Part shown: positions 37,728-51,607 of the stretch, piece by piece
Layout: each line of letters starts with the position of its first letter
How positions within the stretch are numbered: position 1 is the first letter of the stretch
Assembly: GCA_963663275.1 (NCBI GenBank)
Contig: OY760183.1
Span: forward strand, 1,312,001-1,376,000
Direction: 5' to 3'
Origin: Chloroflexota bacterium
GTDB taxonomy: Bacteria > Chloroflexota > UBA11872 > VXOZ01
Length of the DNA stretch: 64,000 nucleotides
Translations under genes and position numbers: made by a program
The notes under the pieces: generated by a model
Told to the model about the DNA's origin: nothing
What the model saw: the letters and a program-made list of their open reading frames with translations, nothing else
Databases searched by the model: none

Positions 37728-38906
37728 CTACATCGTCGGCCCGATGCGGTGCGGCGCGAATTCGCGGTGGCCGAGAATTTCAGTGGCGGTGAGCAGGCCG
37801 TTGACGGTATCCAGGGTGAGGTCGAACAACCGCTCGCCGAGTTCGCGGATGCTGGCCGTGCCATCCAGCACCGGCACGCCGGAAAAGTCGATGTTGTCCT
37901 GCATGCGCTCCACAGTTTGCGGATTGGCGCACACTTTGATGACCGGGGCGATGGGATTGCCCAGCGGCGAGCCGCGTCCGGTGGTGAAGATGCACGCCTG
38001 CGCGCCGCCGGCGATCATGCCGGTTACCGATTCCGAGTCGTAGCCCGGCGTATCCATCACCACCAGCCCCTTCTTGGTGGGGTAGTCGGCGTAGCCGATC
38101 ACCTCTTCCAGGACGGTCGTGCCGCCCTTGTAGATGCAGCCCAGGGATTTTTCCTCTATTGTCGTCAGGCCGCCCTGGATGTTGCCGGGCGCGGGATTGG
38201 CGCCGCGGATCGAGACGCCCATCTTCAGCGCGTCCTCTTCCGCCTTGCGCACCACGGCGATAAGCTGTTCGCCGATTTCCGGTTCGCGGGCGCGTTGGGC
38301 GAAGATGTGTTCCGCGCCGATGAATTCCGCGGCCTCGCTGATCATCACCGTGGCGCCGGCCTCCACCAGCATGTCGGAGACCACGCCGGTAATGGGATTG
38401 CTGGACAAGCCGCTGGTGGTGTCCGAACCGCCGCACTCCGTGGCAAGCACCAGTTCCGAGAGGGGAACTTCCTCCCGCTGCATGGTGGAGAGTTGGGCCT
38501 GGAGTTTCTGCGCCATCTGCGCGCCTTCCTGGATGGTGCGGATGGAGCCGCCGGCCTCCTGGATGACGATGAGTTCCACCGGCTTGCCGGTCTTGGCGAT
38601 GCCTTCGGCAATCAGGGGCGCTTCCGCCGTTTCGCAGCCCAGTCCCACCACGATGGCCGCGCCGACGTTGGGATTGCTGCCGGTGCCCACCATGGTGCGC
38701 ACGAAGAGGTCCGCGTCCGGCCCCAGTTGGCCGCAGCCGTACTGGTGTATGGTCGTCACCGCGCCGGGCACCAGTTCCGTAATGCGCTGGCCCACGGTTG
38801 ACGAACAAATCACCGACGGCAGGATTGCCAGGTGGTTGCGCGCGCCCACGCGGCCGTCGGGCCGGCGGTAGCCTTGGAAAGTCTCTGCACGTGCCACGGT
38901 GTCCAC
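37728..38906 (-). CDS. UxaA/GarD-family dehydratase large subunit (altronate dehydratase / SuyB-like), no SAF domain
   Basis: GYRRPDGRVG.RN, GLGCE, ECGGSD.TSG, GN..GGLTTIEEKSLG, FTTGRG. Confidence 0.9.
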   Translation of the reverse strand: MDTVARAETFQGYRRPDGRVGARNHLAILPSVICSSTVGQRITELVPGAVTTIHQYGCGQLGPDADLFVRTMVGTGSNPNVGAAIVVGLGCETAEAPLIAEGIAKTGKPVELIVIQEAGGSIRTIQEGAQMAQKLQAQLSTMQREEVPLSELVLATECGGSDTTSGLSSNPITGVVSDMLVEAGATVMISEAAEFIGAEHIFAQRAREPEIGEQLIAVVRKAEEDALKMGVSIRGANPAPGNIQGGLTTIEEKSLGCIYKGGTTVLEEVIGYADYPTKKGLVVMDTPGYDSESVTGMIAGGAQACIFTTGRGSPLGNPIAPVIKVCANPQTVERMQDNIDFSGVPVLDGTASIRELGERLFDLTLDTVNGLLTATEILGHREFAPHRIGPTM

Positions 38907-39058
38907 TCCCTCTTGCGGCCGCTCTTAGAGCCGCGGCCGGTCCATCTCGCGTTGCTCACCATCGTATTGTACTCTTCTTGTGGAATTGGTGTTGCCTGCG
39001 TGCGGATCAGGGCAGCGGCGGAGCGCGCCGGGTCCCGCGCCTCTTGTCCCCTCTCCTG

Positions 39059-39293
39059 GGCTGACAGGGGTAGGCAACTGTCATTCCGAGCGGAGCGAGG
39101 AATCTAGAACTGCTGGATTTGCGGCTCCCCGCTCTAGATTCCGCGAACAGGGTTCGACTCTCCGCTGCGCTCCGCTCGGAATGACAAGCGATGTCCCCTC
39201 GCCCTTCCTCGTCACCCTCCCCTATTTCTCCGCCTTTTACAACTATACAAATGACACGTTAAGCCGATTCAAGAGTGCCTACCCCTGTCAGCC
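39059..39293. mobile_element. MITE-B copy, 7-bp TSD TCTCCTG
   Basis: GGCTGACAGGGGTAGGCA...TGCCTACCCCTGTCAGCC; TCTCCTG at 39052-39058 and 39294-39300. Confidence 0.85.
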
Positions 39294-39754
39294 TCTCCTG
39301 GGGGAGAGGGTTAGGGTGAGGGGGATTTCGCGGTGATTCATACCCAATTCTTGCGAAATGAGTCGCTACCAACGGAGATTCCCCCTCACCCCGGCCCTCT
39401 CCCCAGGGAGAGGGAGTCTGATCGCGCGCCGGCCTATGGTACGCAGCCGGCCTATGGCACGCAGCCGACCGATGGTGCGCAAAGGTCTCCGTAGGGTCAT
39501 GAGGGCCGGCGCGGCGCGCCGCTCGCGGCAGAGCGCGTCGCACGCGGACGCCAGGTTTTTGCAAGAAAGCGCCCGATTCCGTGCACATTTTGAGGTTAAT
39601 TTGACATTGTAAGGCATGTAGCGTACCGTGAATCACTGTGCGTTCGCACGATTCTGCTTGAAACGACGCACGCGACGTTCTGCGACCCGGCAAGCGAGAA
39701 AACGATCTGCCGGGCGCTTGAAGCCGGAATTTGCCGAATGAGGAGACTAGCTAG

Positions 39755-41377
<1,623 letters not shown>

Positions 41378-41404
41378 ATCTCGATTGCGCCGGACGCATA
41401 CGCT

Positions 41405-41436
41405 AAGCCCCTCTCGAGCGAGAGGGGCTTTCTCTT
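41405..41436 (+). terminator. Intrinsic terminator after groEL
   Basis: AAGCCCCTCTCG-AG-CGAGAGGGGCTT followed by TCTCTT. Confidence 0.75.
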
Positions 41437-41583
41437 GCCATCCCCCGAATAATCTGGCAAGGCCGTGGTGATCGCAGCGCGCCTTCCATTTCGATAGACG
41501 AAACCCAGAATGCGCGGCGGCGGCTGGTGCTAGAATGTACGGCAAGGAGTGAAGCCGGGCGCCGCTGCAAAGGAGACGAAATC

Positions 41584-42201
41584 ATGAATAAGCGCGCATT
41601 GCTGATTGCTCTTGGCTTAGTCGTCGTGGTGATCGGTGGAGCGGCGGGTTGGTGGCTGGGGTCGCCGCTGTTCATCGATACGGAGGTCGCGGAGGAGTTG
41701 CCGTTCGAGATTCCGACCGAGGCGGAAATGGAGGCAATGTCGGAAGATGAGCTGGCCAAGGTGACCGCGGACGTGTTGGACGCGGCGGCCAAGATGCCGG
41801 ACACGGAGATGGAAGAAGAGATGCCGGAAATGGCGGACGACGCCCAGCCGGTGGCGGTGGCGCGGGGCGACTTCCGCGGCGCGGACGAATTCCACATGGG
41901 CGCCGGCACGGTGACGCTCTACCGCCTGGCGGACGGCTCGCACCTGCTGCGGTTCGAGGACTTCCGCGTCACCAACGGCCCGCAACTCCACGTGCTGCTG
42001 GCGAACCACGCGCAACCCGCCAGCCGCGAGGACGTGGACGAGGGCTACGTCGATCTGGGCGGGCTGAAAGGCAACGTGGGCAGCCAGAACTACACCATTG
42101 CCGCCGACGTCGCCATCGACCCGGTCAAGAGCATCGTCATCTACTGCAAGCCCTTCCGGGTGGTCTTTGCCACGGCAACGCTCAGCAGCGGCGGGAGCTA
42201 G
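41584..42201 (+). CDS. DM13 domain protein with N-terminal membrane anchor
   Basis: G.F.GADEFH.G.G, F.VTNGP.LHVLL, LKGNVGSQNY, IYCKPF.V.FA.A.L; AGGAG RBS. Confidence 0.9.
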   Translation: MNKRALLIALGLVVVVIGGAAGWWLGSPLFIDTEVAEELPFEIPTEAEMEAMSEDELAKVTADVLDAAAKMPDTEMEEEMPEMADDAQPVAVARGDFRGADEFHMGAGTVTLYRLADGSHLLRFEDFRVTNGPQLHVLLANHAQPASREDVDEGYVDLGGLKGNVGSQNYTIAADVAIDPVKSIVIYCKPFRVVFATATLSSGGS

Positions 42202-42309
42202 GCGGAGAAGATGGATTCCCGCGTGCGCGGGAATGACGGACCGGGTTGGCGTCTTTTGCCGCAGTAGCGCGGGGGCTTGTCCCCCGCTTGGCCCGGGCGA
42301 AGACCCTGT

Positions 42310-43239
42310 TTACGCCGGGTCCGGGGCGGGTGGTTCCGCGTGGGCGCTGGCTGGCTGGGCGTGTTCACTTTGGCGCGTGAGCGGCCAGAAGAAGAGCGCC
42401 GTGGCGGCGGCCATGATCAGGGAGGCGATGAAGACGTGCGCCACGCGCAGCGCGTCGGGCAGCCCCATCCGCACCTGGGCAAAACCAATCGTAATCTGCA
42501 GGGCGACCAGCGCAATGGCGAGCACGCCAAGCCAGCGCGACCTGCCGTGATCCAGGCGCGCGCGCCAGCCCGCCAGCAGTGCTATCGCTAGCGAGAAAAC
42601 GTACGCGGCGTAGCGGTGTCCCATGTGCACCTCTTCGAGGATGCGGGTTGAGCCGCCGTCGCAGGTCAGGTAGCCCTGGCAGGCAATGCCCGCCGCCATG
42701 CCCACCACGAACGCGCCGGAGACCACCACCAGCAGTCCGCCAATCAGGGCGGCAATCCCGCGCCACCTGGGAAGCCCGCTCACACTGAGCGCGCGGTTGT
42801 GCACCTGCACCGCGGCCAGCACCGTGATGGAGAGGAAGAGCATGCCAATCGTGAGGTGCGAGCCCACGAGCAGGGCCGGCAATTCCGTCAGCACGGTAAC
42901 CGCGCCGAGCAGGATTTGCGCGACCAGCAGTACCGTCGCCACCGAAAGGATGGTGCGCACTTCTCTCATGCGCCCTTTGCCGAACCACGACCAGAGCAGC
43001 ACCCGAATCACGCTGATGGTCAGGAAGAACGCCAGCAGGCGGTGGATGAACTCGAGGACGGCCGCGGTCTCGAAAGGCGGTATCACCTGGCCCGAACAGA
43101 GCGGCCAATCCGGGCAGCCCAGGCCGGAGCCCGTTGCCCGCACTACCGCTCCCCACAGGATGAGCAAGAGCACCTGAAAGACGACGCCCCACATTGCCAC
43201 TTTCGCTTGGGTTTCGGCACGGTTCAGGGCGTCAGACAC
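42310..43239 (-). CDS. ctaA: Heme A synthase (COX15/CtaA)
   Basis: SGLGCPDWPLC, EFIHR, second Cys pair (AC...TC), HMGHR, terminal H. Confidence 0.85.
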   Translation of the reverse strand: MSDALNRAETQAKVAMWGVVFQVLLLILWGAVVRATGSGLGCPDWPLCSGQVIPPFETAAVLEFIHRLLAFFLTISVIRVLLWSWFGKGRMREVRTILSVATVLLVAQILLGAVTVLTELPALLVGSHLTIGMLFLSITVLAAVQVHNRALSVSGLPRWRGIAALIGGLLVVVSGAFVVGMAAGIACQGYLTCDGGSTRILEEVHMGHRYAAYVFSLAIALLAGWRARLDHGRSRWLGVLAIALVALQITIGFAQVRMGLPDALRVAHVFIASLIMAAATALFFWPLTRQSEHAQPASAHAEPPAPDPA

Positions 43240-43492
43240 GGGATTCTCCTCTCGCAAGGCGCGCGGCGTTCCGTATAGCACTATACGCGCTGTGGCGGTG
43301 TGAACGCAATCGGCGCAAGTTGCCAGGCGTCCGCTGCCGTGTCATTATCAGGGACGGAACCGACGCCCGCAATATGCGGCATACCGGCCTGTGCGTTTCC
43401 GGCGGGATAACGCTCGAGAGCGTACAGAGCGGGTGGGCAGGCCGATTACGAAGGCGTACAAGCAGGGCGCACAGCGCAAGGAGGAACCCTCG

Positions 43493-44515
43493 ATGTCGGA
43501 GAAAATCAAGATCGTCGCGCTTGAATCGGCGCATCCCCACGTGCACAGTCTCATCAGAGAGGCGCAAGGCCTGGCCGGCGCGGAGTTCGTGGGCTTTGCC
43601 GACCCCAGCGCCGAACGCCGCGCGCTCACCAAAGAACGCAACGAGTTTGGCGACGACATGGTCTTTGCCGACTACGAGCGGCTGCTGGACGAACGGCAGC
43701 CGGATGCGGCGATCATCTGTTCGACGAACGCCGACCACGTGAAGTACGTGGAGGCGCTGGCGCCGCGCGGCATACACATTATGCTGGAGAAGCCGTTTGC
43801 CGCCAGCCTCTCCCACGCCGACCGCATGATCGCGGCCTGCGAGCAGCATGGTGTGACCCTGATGGTCAATTGGCCCACCGCGTGGAATCCGGCGCTGCGG
43901 CTGGCGCGCGAGATTGCGCAGTCCGGTTCGCTGGGCCAGGTCTTCCAGATCGCCTTCCGGGGCGGGCACATGGGGCCGACGGCCGACTACGACAGTTGGT
44001 GGTACCGACCCCAGGACGGCGGCGGCGTGCTGCTGGACTACTGCTGCTACGCGGCCAACATGTTCACGTGGATACTGGGCAAACTGCCGCGCCAGGTCTG
44101 CGGCATGGCCGACGCGCTGGTGAAACCGGTCAAGTCCGAGGATAACGCGGCGCTGCTGCTGCGCTACGACGACGCGCTCTGCGTGAGCCAGGCCACTTGG
44201 ACGCGCTTCGGCCCGGAGCCGATACAGGGTCCCGTGATCAACGGCACGGAAGGCAGCGTGACGTCTATCGGCCGGGAACAGATCAAGCACTGCACGCGGG
44301 AGAATCCCGCAGGCGAGGTGATCGACGTGCCGCCGCTCACGGAGCCGCATCTGCAAGGCGGGCCGTCGTATTTCGTCCACTCCCTGCTGAACGGCACGCC
44401 GATCGAGTCGCCCTGCGACCCGGCGTTCAACCGGGACGGCCAGGAGATCCTGGAGGCCGGCAAGATCGCGGTGCAGAACGGCGTTACGGTGAATTTGCCG
44501 ATTCTGCCGTCCTAG
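43493..44515 (+). CDS. Gfo/Idh/MocA-family oxidoreductase
   Basis: HPH, HIMLEKP, GGGVLLDY.CY, EDNA; AAGGAGG RBS. Confidence 0.9.
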   Translation: MSEKIKIVALESAHPHVHSLIREAQGLAGAEFVGFADPSAERRALTKERNEFGDDMVFADYERLLDERQPDAAIICSTNADHVKYVEALAPRGIHIMLEKPFAASLSHADRMIAACEQHGVTLMVNWPTAWNPALRLAREIAQSGSLGQVFQIAFRGGHMGPTADYDSWWYRPQDGGGVLLDYCCYAANMFTWILGKLPRQVCGMADALVKPVKSEDNAALLLRYDDALCVSQATWTRFGPEPIQGPVINGTEGSVTSIGREQIKHCTRENPAGEVIDVPPLTEPHLQGGPSYFVHSLLNGTPIESPCDPAFNRDGQEILEAGKIAVQNGVTVNLPILPS

Positions 44516-44545
44516 GCCCGCCGCGCCAGCGGGCAGCGAGCAACG

Positions 44546-44580
44546 AAGAGGGGGAACGTTCGTCCGTTCCCCCTCTTTAT
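44546..44580 (+). terminator. Intrinsic terminator
   Basis: AAGAGGGGGAACG...CGTTCCCCCTCTTTAT. Confidence 0.7.
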
Positions 44581-44589
44581 CTTCCATTT

Positions 44590-44915
44590 CAAACCTCTGC
44601 ACAACTCCGTCTTTCCGGCGAAAGCCGGAATCCAGGGTGCCATTACTACTAACGAAGGCATCAAGTCAATCTATTTCACCCCCATCCCAGCCTTCCCCCT
44701 CAATGGGCTGACAGGGGTAGGCAAACTTGAATCGGCTTAAGGTGTCATTCCGAGCGGAGCGCAGCGGAGAGTCGAACCCTGTTCGCGGAATCTAGGGCGG
44801 GAAGCCGCAAGACTAGCAATTCTAGATTCCGCGAACCCTGTTCGACGCTCCGCTCGGAATGACAGTTGCCTACCCCTGTCAGCCCTCGGTAGGGAAGGGG
44901 TTATGCAAAGGTCTC
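44590..44915. mobile_element. MITE-A with nested MITE-B (44706-44884)
   Basis: AAACCTCTGCACAAC...GTTATGCAAAGGTCTC; MITE-B sits in the same hairpin loop as at 3296, with a diverged TSD. Confidence 0.8.
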
Positions 44916-44951
44916 CGATCGGCGTGCGTGGGTCGCGGCGCTCTACGCATC

Positions 44952-44980
44952 TTGACTTTTGCGTATGCCCCTACTATTAT
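44952..44980 (+). promoter_or_regulatory. Putative copA promoter
   Basis: TTGACT-N17-TATTAT. Confidence 0.55.
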
Positions 44981-45128
44981 GAGAATTGGGAGCTTTTTCG
45001 AGCGCGCGCCGGCGAGGATGCCGGCGTAGCGGCGCCGAGACGGTCGGGCAAGCGCGTAGGAATGCGCCATAGCGCGCCCCGCGCGGCAGACTCCCGTTAC
45101 CAAGCGTTGCAGTCAAGAGAGAGAATCC

Positions 45129-47690
<2,562 letters not shown>

Positions 47691-48216
47691 GGCTTCTTTC
47701 ACAGGAGATTGCGCTGCGCGATAGGCCGACTTCCGCTTGCGACCGTTTTCCCAAAGTGTTGCGTGTGGTCCCGCCTCGGAGTCGCAAAGGTGTGTCATTC
47801 CAAGCGGAGCGAGGAATCCAGGATTATTGCTTGGCGCAATTGGCATGGTTGGCAGATTGCCGTTGGCGGCAAGAGGCGGGGGACAAACCCTGATGTTGTC
47901 GCATTAAAGGCAGTGAGAAAGAAAACTGCGCTCGTTTCTCCGGTAGCGCGGGTTTGTAACCTGCGTCTTCCGAAGGGTCAATCCATTCCGTTCTCATTTC
48001 TCATGTTCCGGCGGGGGACAAGCCCCCGCGCTACGACTTTGCGAAAGTCTGGGGCTGCTTATGGCAAGCACGAGTCAAGTGGCGCTGCGTCTCTCATGCG
48101 CGCGGCCTGGCATAAATTGCCCCCAATTTGCGTACAATAGAAGCACGTTGTTCCGTCCTAGCGGCAACGATTGAAGCATCCGCAGCTAATGCGAGAGGTT
48201 GAAAAGGAGTGATCAC

Positions 48217-48363
48217 ATGGCAAAGTGCGCAACTTGCGACGAGTCGGTTGACCCGGCAACCGCCGAGCACAAAGTGGAGTACCGGGGCAAAGTCTACTAC
48301 TTTTGCTGCCGCCACTGTCTGGCGGATTTCGAGCAAGCGCCGGAAAAATACGCGGAAGCCTAG
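48217..48363 (+). CDS. Small YHS/TRASH-domain metal-binding protein (48 aa, absent from the ORF track)
   Basis: AAGGAG RBS; MAKCATCDESVDPATAEHKVEYRGKVYYFCCRHCLADFEQAPEKYAEA. Confidence 0.85.
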   Translation: MAKCATCDESVDPATAEHKVEYRGKVYYFCCRHCLADFEQAPEKYAEA

Positions 48364-48420
48364 CGACTGCCCCCGCCTTCTTTCTTGCTGCCGCCAATGC
48401 GTAGCGCGGGGGCTTGTCCC

Positions 48421-48580
48421 TAATGGTGCCGCTAGACGCGATGAGAATTAGGACTATGCTCGTTTCTCCGGTAGCGCAGGTTTGTAACCTGCTTCTTCCG
48501 TAGGGTCAATCGATTCCGTTCTCATGTTTCTTGCTCCGGCGGGGGACAAGCCCCCGCGCTACGTTAATGCGACAGTATTG
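48421..48580. mobile_element. MITE-D copy, TSD GGGCTTGTCCC
   Basis: TAATGGTGCCGC...TTAATGCGACAGTATTG; TSD at 48410-48420 and 48581-48591. Confidence 0.8.
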
Positions 48581-49205
48581 GGGCTTGTCCCCCGCTGAGA
48601 CCTGACTGGGGTACGCATTCTATAACCGACATCAGGTGTCTTTCCGAGCGGAGCGCAGCGGAGAGTTGCTAAGGGCGCGGAATCCAGGATATAGCCCCGC
48701 AGGTTCAGCATTCTAGATTCCTCGCTCCGCTCGGAATGACATTTGCGTGCCCCTGTTGCCTCGCTGAGACAGTGCGGGCCGTTCACCCTTCGACGCGCTC
48801 AGGGCGAACGGGCTAGCTCCCTGCGCGACGCGGTGGCGTAGGGGCGGTTCGCGAACCGCCCCTGCGCGGATGGATTCGACACCGCGCCTGCGCACGCCCC
48901 GTGTGGAAGTGCGAACGTCCCTACGCGGATGGATTTGGCGCCGCTCTGGCGCACGCCCCGTGCGCAAGCGCGAACGTAAGCCGGCTTCTCTCTCCCGCTT
49001 CACTCCCCTGCGGCCCGGCAGATGCCCGACGATTCCCCTCATGCGCCGCCGCTAGAGTCAGGACGTTTGTGCTTTCTTACCAATTTCTTAGGATTCTAAG
49101 GCTTGACGGTCTGCGCAGTGTGAGACAATGCACGCAAGACCGGCGCCGGATGGGGCGTGGGTTGCGGAGGGGAAGTCGCCGCACACCGAAGCACTGCACC
49201 ATTTG

Positions 49206-49345
49206 GAGACCTTTGCACAACTCCGTCATTCCGGCGGAAGCCGGAATCCAGGGCGCTATTACAACCAAAGAGAGCATGAAGTCAAGCCATTGCACCCCCA
49301 TCCCAACCTTTCCCCTCGATGGGGAAGGGGTTTTGCAGAGGTCTC
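49206..49345. mobile_element. MITE-A, empty copy (140 bp)
   Basis: GAGACCTTTGCACAAC...GTTTTGCAGAGGTCTC. Confidence 0.82.
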
Positions 49346-49368
49346 CTTTGGAGGAAAGGAGCAGAGCC

Positions 49369-50712
49369 ATGCTTACGCGCAGATCACTGTTAGCAGGCAC
49401 GGCGGCGCTTGCCGCCGGCTGTAGCACGGGAGGGTTTCCCCTTGCGCCGCCCAGCGCGCCGCAAGACGCGGAAATGAAGGTGGCGGCGTACACGCGATCC
49501 ATCTATCTCAACCTGCCGTATGGTGAATACGACGACAGCCACGGCAATGAGGATAGGTACGAACGGGCCCTGGCGGCGCTCACGGAGGACGCGGACAACG
49601 CCTATGGGCCGGCGCGCGCCGGGTACACGCTGGCGCTACGGTTCGTGGAGAGTTTCTACCCACCGAACAGGGAGGACGACGAAGCGCCCGAGACGGAAGA
49701 AGAGATCGAAGCGGCCCGCGCGGCGGCTCTTGCTTCAGTTGCCGAGACGCTGGATATCCTCGACGCGGACCTGGTGACCGTGTGGCCCGAGGAGGCGCGG
49801 TGGTGGGGCCAGGAAGGGCTTCTGCTGCCCCTGGATCGTTTCAGCGGCATGGAAGAGTCCGCGCTCAACGCGGAATTCTTCCCCACCGTGCTCAATCAAT
49901 ACCGGGGCGGCGGCACGCTCTACGCCCTGCCGGTGGACGCGGCCCCGCTCATGCTCCACTACGATGAGGCGTTGCTGGCAAGGCGAGGCGTGCCGCCGCC
50001 GGACGCCACGTGGCACTGGGACGACCTGGTGAGACATGCCGCCGCGCTCACCACCGCCAGGCAAGACGGCACGGTGACGCGCTGGGGCTTGATCGCACAC
50101 GGTTCATGGGTCTTTTGGGCGCTCTGGCAGAATGAAGCATCGATCGTGGACATGGACACGCGGCAGTGTCGTTTGCCGGAACCGGCGGCGGTTGAAGCCC
50201 TGCAATTCGTCCACGACCTCCTGCATAAACACCGCGTTTCCCCACTTGCGGATCTAGGGGACCTCTGGGACTACTTCATGGCAACGCCGCCAGCCATGCT
50301 CTACAGTTATCCTCCTTTAATCCTCAATGAAAGGAAGAGCTTTCGCATGGCGGCGCTGCCCCGGGGCAAGGTGTCCGCCACGCCGGTGCGCACCCATCTG
50401 GGGATAGGCATTGCCGCGCGCACGCAAAAGACAGAGGCGGCGTTCGCGGCGCTGAAAGGCTTCAACCGCGCCATGCAGGAACAGGTGGCCGTGCCGGCCG
50501 GCAGAGACGCGGTCGCCCGCCTGGCGGACATCCGCCCGGACATCAGCCCGGCGGAAGTGGCGGCGGTGCAACATTCGCTGGAACACGGCCGCGAATGGCC
50601 ACAGCACGGTCTTCCTTTAACCATGATGTACGAAATGACCCAAAGCCTCGGCCGCGGCAACGACGTGGCCACCATCGACTACCAGGCCTGCTCCTTGGCA
50701 CACGAGTATTGA
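49369..50712 (+). CDS. Extracellular solute-binding lipoprotein (Tat)
   Basis: TRRSLL, lipobox AAGC, LYALP, PPD.TW.WDDL; AAGGAG RBS. Confidence 0.8.
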   Translation: MLTRRSLLAGTAALAAGCSTGGFPLAPPSAPQDAEMKVAAYTRSIYLNLPYGEYDDSHGNEDRYERALAALTEDADNAYGPARAGYTLALRFVESFYPPNREDDEAPETEEEIEAARAAALASVAETLDILDADLVTVWPEEARWWGQEGLLLPLDRFSGMEESALNAEFFPTVLNQYRGGGTLYALPVDAAPLMLHYDEALLARRGVPPPDATWHWDDLVRHAAALTTARQDGTVTRWGLIAHGSWVFWALWQNEASIVDMDTRQCRLPEPAAVEALQFVHDLLHKHRVSPLADLGDLWDYFMATPPAMLYSYPPLILNERKSFRMAALPRGKVSATPVRTHLGIGIAARTQKTEAAFAALKGFNRAMQEQVAVPAGRDAVARLADIRPDISPAEVAAVQHSLEHGREWPQHGLPLTMMYEMTQSLGRGNDVATIDYQACSLAHEY

Positions 50713-50814
50713 GGGATGGGCTGCAGCCGTTTTCGGATGAATTGCGAATGAATGTGGCACAACAGGCAAACCGGTGTAGCGTCAGAGGAGCACTGTGGCG
50801 AAAGGAGCAAGAAT

Positions 50815-51606
50815 ATGCTCACGCGCCGATCGTTACTCGCAGGCACGGTCGCGCTTGTCGCGGGTTGTAGTACGCTCGAGTCCACGTTCACACCGCCCAA
50901 CGTGCCAGAAGAGACGGCGTTGGATTGGGCCGTTCTGGGCGGCTTCGTCAGCCTCTTCGACCCGGAAAATCAGTTGCTCTCAGATGACAGAGTTTTGCAG
51001 AGGGGCCTGGACGCGCTAGCGGAAGATGTTGAGAATCCATACGGTCCGCAGCGTGGGCGGTATTCCCTTACCCTCCGCTACTCGCGGCATTGGCCGGAAA
51101 GGGATCCACCCCCGAACAGCGCTGATGAGATCCTGGACATTGCAAAGGAATGGTTGGATGGATTCTCCGCCGACCTAGTGGCGCTGCCGCCATTTATTGC
51201 CAGGTGGCTGGGCGAGAACGGCCTCGTGCTGCCCTTGGAGCGGTTCATGGGCGCGGATGGAACCAAGGTCGAGGCGGAGTTTGTCCCAAGCTCGCTCGAA
51301 CAGAGCCGGGGCCATGGTGGGCTCTATGCTTTGCCGGTAAGCGCCTTGCCGCTGATGGTGAGTTATGACGCGGCGTACTTCAAGAGAATGGGGGCGCCGC
51401 CGCCGGACGGGAGTTGGCGCTGGGACGACTTGGTGTCCCATGCGGAGCGGTTGACGCAGCGTGATGAGGAGGGAGAAGTCACGCGCTGGGGTATGGTGGC
51501 ATATGAGCCTTTCGGTTCCGGGCTGTGGTGGGCGCTCTGGCAGAACGAGGCGGCAATTGTAGACCCGGAAACGCTGCGCTGCCTCCTGCATGAACCCGCG
51601 GCATAG
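50815..51606 (+). pseudogene. Truncated paralogous solute-binding lipoprotein
   Basis: Collinear with 49369-50712 up to 'EPAA', then stops at the edge of the low-GC insert; the paralogue continues about 170 aa. Confidence 0.75.
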
Positions 51607-51607
51607 G

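Noticed and set aside
39140-39185. tRNA-like GGTTCGACTC T-loop
   Set aside because: Part of the MITE-B internal palindrome (inverse at ~44768); no cloverleaf or CCA
44960-44985. CsoR/CueR operator at the copA promoter
   Set aside because: No convincing dyad symmetry
48860-48980. Two-copy ~59-bp direct repeat, and the three-copy 18-bp repeat at ~39428-39481
   Set aside because: Real but short, degenerate local duplications next to REPs with no sign of function
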